Below, in pieces: positions 9,602-15,634 of a DNA stretch of 15,639 bases. The notes beneath the pieces are model-generated. The model was not told the origin of the DNA. It did not search any database and was given only the letters and a program-made list of their open reading frames with translations. The translations under genes were made by a program, and so were the position numbers. Origin of the DNA: Candidatus Nanohalobium sp. (GTDB lineage: Archaea > Nanohalarchaeota > Nanosalinia > Nanosalinales > Nanosalinaceae); contig JBDGTY010000067.1 of assembly GCA_042216335.1 (NCBI GenBank), positions 1-15,639 on the forward strand. The letters run 5' to 3'. Within the stretch, counting starts at the first letter, position 1, and each line of letters begins with the position of its first letter.

Positions 9602-10603
9602 TTATGCTTCCATGATTTCAAGCATCCTTTCAATTTCGTCTTCTGTCGTGACTTCCTCGACCTCGTTCGCCAGAATCTCTATCCGGTCGAAGTAGTCGTT
9701 GAAGCGCGTTCTGCCCTCAATGACGAGCTCCTTTCCAGCGGCCTCTTCAGCGGCCTCTTCTACTGCTTCCTCTTCCATCTCCTTCTCTACTTCCTCGTCT
9801 ACCTCCAGGACTTTCCGTGCCTGGTCGCCGAAGAACACTGTTCTGATGGTTTCGGTTCCGTCGTCGATCACTCCGGAAACCGCCAGTCTTCCTTCAGGAT
9901 CCTCTACCTCTTTGCCGTCGTCGGTGACGTAGTCTCCATCGTCGTTTTCCCTGACTGTGTCTCCTGTCTCCGGGTCTACCCTGTAGAACGGGTTGGATGT
10001 GTATACCTTCATCAGCATGCCGCGGACCCTGTAAGAGCTGTCCTCAGAGTTGGCTTCGCTGATAGGAACCTCCTGAGTCTGCATCGAGTTGCTTTCATCG
10101 ACTTCCGGGATTTCGTCTTCGTCAAGCATCTTGACCTGTACATCGTCACCAAGCCGCAGCTCTGCGTTACCCTGGTTATCTTCCACCGTATACGCTCCTG
10201 CGATCTCTATTCCATCGCCTTCGGAGACTTTCTCGGAGACCTGTGTCTGCTCATCCCAGAGGGTTACACGGATGGTTCCGGATTCGTCGCCGAGAACGAT
10301 GTTCTGGACTTTCCCGTCCTCTTCGTCATCATCCCGCTCAAAAGTATTGATATCGGATATGTTGAGGACCTTGGCCTTGAGATGTACTTTACGCATCTCG
10401 GGGACTATATTATCTATCTGGAGGTCCTTGTTCTCCTCTCCCTCGATGTTCACGCCGAACTCTTTGGCTACAAGGTGGGCGGCTCCTTCCTCGGAGACCA
10501 GGCCGGAGAACTCCTCCATTTTATCCTCTATTTCCTCTTCGACTTCGTCCTCGTCAAGGTCTGATTCCTCGACAATCTTCTCGATAACGTCCTCAACTTC
10601 CAT
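9602..10603 (-). CDS. rpa: Replication protein A / ssDNA-binding OB-fold protein (DUF2240-type N-terminus)
   Basis: FSGLVSEEGAAHLVA N-domain and OB folds with GDESGTIRVTLWD and DDGTETIRTVFF. Co-directional with and upstream of radA. Confidence 0.88.
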   Translation of the reverse strand: MEVEDVIEKIVEESDLDEDEVEEEIEDKMEEFSGLVSEEGAAHLVAKEFGVNIEGEENKDLQIDNIVPEMRKVHLKAKVLNISDINTFERDDDEEDGKVQNIVLGDESGTIRVTLWDEQTQVSEKVSEGDGIEIAGAYTVEDNQGNAELRLGDDVQVKMLDEDEIPEVDESNSMQTQEVPISEANSEDSSYRVRGMLMKVYTSNPFYRVDPETGDTVRENDDGDYVTDDGKEVEDPEGRLAVSGVIDDGTETIRTVFFGDQARKVLEVDEEVEKEMEEEAVEEAAEEAAGKELVIEGRTRFNDYFDRIEILANEVEEVTTEDEIERMLEIMEA

Positions 10604-10655
10604 GTTTCAGAAAGCGGATGTAATCATTAAATCCCTGTTGGAAGTAAAACTGTAC

Positions 10656-11072
10656 GTGGCCTTAGACCGTATAAGAGACCTTGACCCTGAGAAAATGCTG
10701 GCAGCTATTTTCGCCGGCCTAACAGTTATCTTAACATTCCGACTGAACAGCTTCTGGTTATTCACAGGCCTCAGTTCATACTCAGCTCTGATCGGGTATG
10801 TGACAGGTTACACCGGTCGAAAAATAGACAGTAAAATCTATCGATACGTGGCTTATACTGTGCTTTTAACCCTGCTGATCCTGCCGTTCCTAGCCATAGT
10901 TCTAGAGACTCAATGCCTGGCTTATCAGCCGTACGAGGCCCGGAACATCTTTACAGGCAAAGTCAAAGAATTCGTTCACGGAGGATGCGGTCCTCTAGAC
11001 TCACATCCATGGTACTATCAAGTAACCGACTCAAGCACACTGGACTTTCAGCCAGCCAACGGAACAAGTTGA
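10656..11072 (+). CDS. Hypothetical membrane protein with a small Cys-containing C-terminal domain
   Basis: The true start is probably GTG 10656 or ATG 10695, because the 10089 extension is antisense to rpa. About 3 TM segments followed by QCLAY...HGGCG. Confidence 0.6.
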   Translation: MALDRIRDLDPEKMLAAIFAGLTVILTFRLNSFWLFTGLSSYSALIGYVTGYTGRKIDSKIYRYVAYTVLLTLLILPFLAIVLETQCLAYQPYEARNIFTGKVKEFVHGGCGPLDSHPWYYQVTDSSTLDFQPANGTS

Positions 11073-11105
11073 AAATTAAGAAAAATGAGGTAAGGGAAAA
11101 AGTGG

Positions 11106-11303
11106 TTATCGCAGGGCGTCTCTGACGTCTTCTGCCCGGACAGTCTTCCTGTCTTTCTCCTTTGCGACGGCGATTGCTTCCTCTGATACATCACCGGCAA
11201 AGGTCTCTAGAACGTCTGCCAGTTCTTTTGCGCTGTCTTCGGATACTCTTTTGTCGCCCTGTTGCTTGATGGTCTCCTTCATCTTTGAAACTGAAAACTC
11301 CAT
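11106..11303 (-). CDS. Archaeal histone (single histone fold, HMf-like)
   Basis: Aligns without gaps to HMfB: G16, R19-V-S, and R52-K-T-V-x-x-x-D59. Confidence 0.92.
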   Translation of the reverse strand: MEFSVSKMKETIKQQGDKRVSEDSAKELADVLETFAGDVSEEAIAVAKEKDRKTVRAEDVRDALR

Positions 11304-11442
11304 TTTAGATCACAGATTATTTGGCCCTGGTACGATTTTAAACAGGAAGGTTTCTTCAGCCCCACCATACCTCAAAAAGTTTGTTATCATCCACCAACAG
11401 AAATAAGAGGCTTAGGTCACAAAAATACTCAGGGTATCCGCA

Positions 11443-11718
11443 TTGACCGACGCCGAGGACATCTTCCTCCACAAAAAACCTGCCAGGCTAATGGTGCACC
11501 TCAACAACCCGGCCAGGGACAACTACACCTCACAGATCGCACGGGAAATAGACTGCACATACAGCCACGCGGTGCGGATCACCCAGAAACTCGAGGAAAC
11601 AGGCCTGGTGAAGAGCCGGAAAGAAGGCAGGAAAAAGATACTCGAACTCACAACCCCAGGAGAACAAGTGGCCGAAGCACTCAGCGAACTACTCCACAGA
11701 TTCAGAAAACTCGAATAA
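11443..11718 (+). CDS. Winged helix-turn-helix (MarR/ArsR-like) DNA-binding protein
   Basis: YTSQIAREIDCTYSHAVRITQKLEETGLV helix-turn-helix and KEGRKKILELT wing. TTG start, divergent from the histone gene. Confidence 0.85.
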   Translation: MTDAEDIFLHKKPARLMVHLNNPARDNYTSQIAREIDCTYSHAVRITQKLEETGLVKSRKEGRKKILELTTPGEQVAEALSELLHRFRKLE

Positions 11719-11966
11719 CCCGGCCAAACACCCTCACTTTCCCAAAAAAGGACACCTCCCATCTCCTAACACTCACATAACTCCAGCACCAGCCACCCGA
11801 CTCAAAACAGGTGCGCATACCATTCCCGAAAACACCCCACCAACAGGAAGATAACACCTTATTTCCTGCCAGAAAAACACTCTACCTCCTCTACCCCAAA
11901 CACACACAGAGGTCCAGACCAGAAGAACCCTGTCCAGAAACCTAACTGAACTCACAAAACACCTCC

Positions 11967-12095
11967 AGAGTGTTCAAACCAGACGAACAATAATGTGTTG
12001 AGAACAAGCGAACATTCCTGCCTTTTACAAACCTTTTGTTAACACCGCAGAGAAAAAACAGTTCATTATGAGTGTTTGACTCAATCGAACAACCT
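11967..12095 (+). repeat. Left arm of a ~130-bp degenerate inverted repeat (partner 12852-12980)
   Basis: Aligns to the reverse complement of 12852-12980, sharing GA(G/A)TGTTC, AACAAT, AAGC.AAC.TTC, CTTTT..AAA and TGAGTGTTTG....AATCGAACA. Confidence 0.75.
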
Positions 12096-12133
12096 GTAAA
12101 ACTTGATTAACCTGCGTTCACAACCTGTTAGAC

Positions 12134-12355
12134 ATGAGAATCACAAAGATCCAGGACGACGGCGAACGCTTCATAATACACGGAGATGGCCGCCTCTACC
12201 AGAAACTGAAGGACGCCTTCGACCAGATGGGTCTCGGCATCTCAGTCACAGAGTCGGAAAAAGGCGTAGCCAACATCCTCTACACCGAGAACAACAGAGA
12301 CATCATACTCAACGTTCTCAGGGAGCGGACTGACGGCAGCATGAAACAACGATGA
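12134..12355 (+). CDS. Hypothetical 73-aa protein inside the palindrome array
   Basis: Host-like codon usage and a plausible alpha/beta pattern (MRITKIQDDGERFIIHGDG...). A TTGATTAA box lies ~30 bp upstream. The stop TGA is the first 3 bp of palindrome 4. Confidence 0.65.
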   Translation: MRITKIQDDGERFIIHGDGRLYQKLKDAFDQMGLGISVTESEKGVANILYTENNRDIILNVLRERTDGSMKQR

Positions 12356-12435
12356 GTGTTCAGACTATTTGAACACTCAGAAGCAGACAGGATACAGAAT
12401 CGGGCCGAAAATACAGAGTCCAGAAAAAGACCTAG

Positions 12436-12623
12436 CATAAAGAAGGTATATCGTCAATATTGGAGTACGTGGTTTTCACCCTGGTTTTTTGGAATCGAAT
12501 AGGGTTCGCGATCCAGATAAGGTATATCATAAAGGAGGTATAACTTCGCCTTGTGAAACAATGCGCCTGGTTGAGCCACCAGCTCACATACCTTCTTTGT
12601 TACGGCGAATTTCAGGTATATCG
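12436..12623. repeat. Five copies of a second motif, (CATAAAGR)AGGTATATC
   Basis: CATAAAGAAGGTATATC (12436), AGGTATATCA (12520), CATAAAGGAGGTATAAC (12528), inverted CATACCTTCTTTG (12587) and AGGTATATCG (12614). Confidence 0.75.
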
Positions 12624-12851
12624 ACCCAGGAAAGTGAGTGTTCGAGCTATTTGAACACTCAAGCATGTGGCGGAAATTCAAGATTCCGGAGAGGCAGGAG
12701 AAAAGTGAGAATTTCCCAATACTCATTGAACCAAGCAGGAAGGTCCTGGTCTATAGAGTCCAGAGAACCAGGATTTCTTATTCTCCAGAATAATACACCT
12801 GTCCAGTCTGATTAACCTGCCCTATATAGCAAGTTTAGAGGCTAAAACGCG

Positions 12852-12980
12852 AGAGTGTTCGATTTATCCAAACACTCAAATAGCATTAAGTGATTATAGG
12901 GTAACACCAAAGCATTTTAAAAAGATATGAACGTTAGCTTTAAATGAACAACAAGATTGTTGACATAGATCGAACATTCA
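12852..12980 (-). repeat. Right arm of the ~130-bp degenerate inverted repeat
   Basis: Mirror of 11967-12095, and AT-rich between 12879 and 12960. Confidence 0.75.
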
Positions 12981-13107
12981 AAGGATGTGAGGATTTCGAC
13001 CGTTTTCAGCGAAAGAGGGGAAGTGCAGGAGCTGTCGAATGATAGTAAGGCATAGCAGAAGAGAAGATAAAGAAAGGGAGAAGAGGCTACGGATGAAATG
13101 TGGGGTT

Positions 13108-13476
13108 TCAGGCCAGGATCTCGACCTCGTAGCCCTCCGGATCCTTGACGAAACCGTAGTCGCCGGAGCATTCCTTCGGAGGCCGATAATCCTCTCCGCC
13201 GGCCTCCACGGCTCTCTCGTACGCTTCCTGAAGTGACTGATCCTCGTCCGTCTTTATGGCGATGTGGCCGAAGCCCTCACCCTTCTCGTACCTGTCGTCC
13301 TCACCATGGTTGTATGTAAGTTCTATCTTCGCGTCCTGGCCAGGAATCTGGAGGAAGTATAGCGTGAAGGTGTCGTTCTCGGATTTCCTGACAAGTTCGA
13401 ATCCGAACGCCTCACTGTAGAAGTCGATGACTTTCTCCGGGTCGGAAACGCGCAGCATCGTGTGATCTAGCTCCAT
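13108..13476 (-). CDS. gloA: Glyoxalase I / VOC family (lactoylglutathione lyase)
   Basis: LDHTMLRVSD, IELTYNHG, GFGHIAI and FVKDPEGYEVEI. Confidence 0.9.
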   Translation of the reverse strand: MELDHTMLRVSDPEKVIDFYSEAFGFELVRKSENDTFTLYFLQIPGQDAKIELTYNHGEDDRYEKGEGFGHIAIKTDEDQSLQEAYERAVEAGGEDYRPPKECSGDYGFVKDPEGYEVEILA

Positions 13477-13510
13477 GCAAAAATAGATGGTAAGTGAGAG
13501 GTTTAACAGT

Positions 13511-13897
13511 TCAGGTCTGTGGCAGGATGTTGACTGACTCAGTGTGCTTGCTGCCCTCCAGCTCGTTGTAGAAGTCGATGACCTTGTCGGCGTTCCCCTG
13601 CGTGTGGAATACCTCGAGGCAGTTATCGCCGTCCAGCTTGGAGTGGAGCTGTGTCGTGACGATATCGTCGAAGTCGTGTGAGATATGGGCGATCCTCTGC
13701 TCCTTCTTGTGAGGATGCCTGACCACGATCAAGGCGTTAAGTTCGCCCTCCAGACTCTGGTTGTCCTCCACTTCCTGGTGCAGGTTCTCCACGGCAGTCC
13801 TGATCAACTCGCTTCTTCCGTTAAAGCTGGCCTCCTCCTGTATCTCATCGATTTTATCCAGCGTTTCTTCATCCAGGGACAGACTTATTATTTCCAT
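13511..13897 (-). CDS. NikR-like ribbon-helix-helix metal-responsive regulator
   Basis: IISLSL...GRSELIR RHH domain plus an ACT-like domain with HDF...QLHSKL...CLEVF. Start at 13897 or 13903. Confidence 0.85.
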   Translation of the reverse strand: MEIISLSLDEETLDKIDEIQEEASFNGRSELIRTAVENLHQEVEDNQSLEGELNALIVVRHPHKKEQRIAHISHDFDDIVTTQLHSKLDGDNCLEVFHTQGNADKVIDFYNELEGSKHTESVNILPQT

Positions 13898-13948
13898 AAC
13901 CACAGATTAATAGGAAAGTTGAAAAACTTAATAACACACATGTTTGTC

Positions 13949-14692
13949 ATGACAACGTTAACCAATACAGCGATCGCCCTGGCACTGACCTCAGTACTCT
14001 CCGCAATAGGAGCATTCTTCCTGTTCGTAGGAAAGGAGAAGGTAGACAACCTGGTGGAATACCTGATAAGCCTCTCAGCGGGAACGATATTCGGAGGCGT
14101 ATTCATACACCTGGTTTACAGGTTAGCAAATCCGATAGGATACACAAGGGAAACAGGCCTGCTGGTAATGGCCGGCATACTGCTCTCACTGGTTCTTGAG
14201 CGCGTCGTTCACTGGCACTGCCACAACCAGGGAATACACGAAGAGCCGTTCTCCTACGTACTGCTAGCCGGAGACGGAGTCCACAACATACTTGATGGAA
14301 TACTGATAACCACCAGTTTCCTGGCATCGACCTCAGCCGGTATAGCTTCAACAGTCGCGGTCTCGGCCCACAAGGTACCGAAGGAAGTCGGAGACTTCGG
14401 AGTGATGCTAGAAGGAGGATTCTCACGGAAGAAAGCAGTAACGGCAAACGTTCTGATCAGTGTTTTTATGTTCGGAGGCGCAGGGATCGTCTTCGCCCTC
14501 TCCACAGTAACAGGAAACATCGTGGCCCTATTACTGCCTCTCGTGATCGGCAACTTCATCTACATCGCCGGAAGCGATCTTCTGCCCCGATTCAAGGAGT
14601 CCGACACCCACATCCTGCCACACATGATCATGTTCTCAATCGGGACGGCAGTGATGTACGCAATACCGTTCATCAAGGCAGCAATAATCTAG
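13949..14692 (+). CDS. ZIP family divalent metal transporter
   Basis: SLSAGTIFGGVFIHL, LERVVHWHCH, TM4 GDGVHNILDG and TM5 HKVPKEVGDF. Start at ATG 13949 (or 13940); the 13685 extension overlaps the NikR-like gene. Confidence 0.9.
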   Translation: MTTLTNTAIALALTSVLSAIGAFFLFVGKEKVDNLVEYLISLSAGTIFGGVFIHLVYRLANPIGYTRETGLLVMAGILLSLVLERVVHWHCHNQGIHEEPFSYVLLAGDGVHNILDGILITTSFLASTSAGIASTVAVSAHKVPKEVGDFGVMLEGGFSRKKAVTANVLISVFMFGGAGIVFALSTVTGNIVALLLPLVIGNFIYIAGSDLLPRFKESDTHILPHMIMFSIGTAVMYAIPFIKAAII

Positions 14693-14749
14693 ACAGAATC
14701 TCTCAACACTGTTTTTACCACTTATATCTGATGGGAACAAGGAAAGCAA

Positions 14750-14865
14750 TCCCGAATCTCGGGCTATCACAACGACAAGCCTACCGCCCTTCTTCCCGGC
14801 TTTTTCCAGGCACTGAGGCCCGGATGAAGTATGTCGAAGATTCCCTGCGCCAAGACAGCCTTCAT
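14750..14865 (-). pseudogene. ribL: Frameshifted N-terminal fragment of a cytidylyltransferase-family FAD synthase (RibL-like)
   Basis: ATG 14865 reads MKAVLAQGIFDILHPG. After a frameshift at ~14816 it reads QCLEKAGKKGGRLVVVIARDS. Similarity ends there. Confidence 0.75.
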
Positions 14866-14940
14866 ACAGAAGAAATGATGCCTGGAGAGAAAAAAGAGTG
14901 GAACACCACAAACCGTTTCCAGAACTAATTAAGGTTAATC

Positions 14941-15180
14941 CTACTCGTCCTCTATGACAAGCGAAGAAGGATCACCTATATCACGCAACTTGAGGTGCCT
15001 GTCATGCATCGCATCCCTCCAACCCTCAGGAAGCTCATTATCAGGTATGCCGACAAGCTGCAAATCATCAGGCTGCTCCGGAGGTTTAGCCTCTCTTAAA
15101 TTCCCGGAATCGTCACGTTCCTTATGCTCCAGAAACACCGTACGAACCGTACCATCAGGCTTAACAACTGCGTACTTCAT
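14941..15180 (-). CDS. Hypothetical 79-aa acidic protein, possibly virus-derived
   Basis: Clean ATG-to-stop ORF with halophile-like composition. No family recognised. Confidence 0.65.
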   Translation of the reverse strand: MKYAVVKPDGTVRTVFLEHKERDDSGNLREAKPPEQPDDLQLVGIPDNELPEGWRDAMHDRHLKLRDIGDPSSLVIEDE

Positions 15181-15245
15181 GTTTAAAGACCCAGAGACTC
15201 AAATCCAATACAATTTTTTCTGATTTATCATATTCACGAAATTAC

Positions 15246-15458
15246 TTAGACATTCAGGATTTTAAGGATTTCTCCCCTACTGGACACCCCCTTGGAGAAA
15301 ATCACAAGCTGAACCTCGCGGGTGGTATACATGCCTGACTGCCACATTTTGAACGCGGCCCGGTCGGCGTTGACCGTCTTCGCAGTAAGCGGGTTCGGGG
15401 CCATGATCTCCGCGACGTGGGCCTGTTTGAAGGCCTCGTACCAAATCTCTGAGGACAC
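15246..15458 (-). CDS. Hypothetical protein, possibly 3'-truncated or chimeric
   Basis: GTG start preceded by a strong GGAGGTGA Shine-Dalgarno and coupled to the upstream stop (TAGTG). GC falls abruptly near 15280. Confidence 0.55.
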   Translation of the reverse strand: MSSEIWYEAFKQAHVAEIMAPNPLTAKTVNADRAAFKMWQSGMYTTREVQLVIFSKGVSSRGEILKILNV

Positions 15459-15634
15459 TACCGAGTCACCTCCTCGATTACCGTCTCGCCCGACTGGGAC
15501 ACCTCGACGACCGTCACACGGTCCGCGTCGGGTTGGTCCGGCGGATAGGCCGGTCGCAACTCGTCGGCCTGCTCGTCGTACTCCGGGACGATGAAACCGC
15601 GGGCCGTCTCTACCATGTCGACGGTCCCGCTCAT
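15458..15634 (-). CDS. Hypothetical 58-aa acidic protein (below the ORF-track cutoff; may extend past the window end)
   Basis: MSGTVDMVETARGFIVPEYDEQADELRPAYPPDQPDADRVTVVEVSQSGETVIEEVTR*, with GC-rich haloarchaeal-type codons. Confidence 0.6.
   Translation of the reverse strand: MSGTVDMVETARGFIVPEYDEQADELRPAYPPDQPDADRVTVVEVSQSGETVIEEVTR

Larger units (their letters stand above)
11967..12980. repeat. Array of eight 27-bp palindromes, consensus TGAGTGTTC-N9-GAACACTCA
   Basis: Copies start at 11967, 11992, 12069, 12353, 12635, 12852, 12928 and 12954. The copies at 12353 and 12635 have perfect 9-bp arms and differ from each other at only 3 spacer positions. Confidence 0.9.

Noticed and set aside
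10089-10655. Long 5' extension of the 10089-11072 ORF
   Set aside because: It is the Ser-rich antisense shadow of the acidic rpa gene.
9581-10655. The palindrome as an SOS-like box controlling radA/rpa
   Set aside because: I found no TGTT-N11-AACA match upstream of radA or rpa.
12536-12610. Twister ribozyme resemblance (UAACUUCGCC...GGUUGAGCC)
   Set aside because: The conserved GGUNNNAAGCC loop and the matching P2/pseudoknot 3' strand are not present.
11780-12810. Many + strand TCCAG words as canonical ORB/mini-ORB boxes
   Set aside because: They lack the following (T/G)GAAA and G-string of true ORBs, so I do not call them ORBs.
12454-12815. ORFs 12454-12726 (-) and 12489-12815 (+)
   Set aside because: Atypical Ser/Cys/Arg-rich, non-acidic composition, and both run through repeat motifs. 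Probably spurious.
11967-12980. CRISPR array interpretation of the palindromes
   Set aside because: Start-to-start gaps range from 25 to 284 bp, copies are degenerate and mirror-arranged, and no cas genes are present.
13685-13939. 5' extension of the ZIP ORF
   Set aside because: It overlaps the NikR-like gene on the opposite strand. ZIP-like sequence begins at about 13949.
14801-14890. Stem TTTTTCCAGGCA/TGCCTGGAGAGA with CTGA and ATGATG as a hammerhead or C/D RNA; ORF 14731-14928
   Set aside because: No CUGANGA/GAAA core and the K-turn register does not fit. The region is better explained by the ribL fragment on the minus strand.
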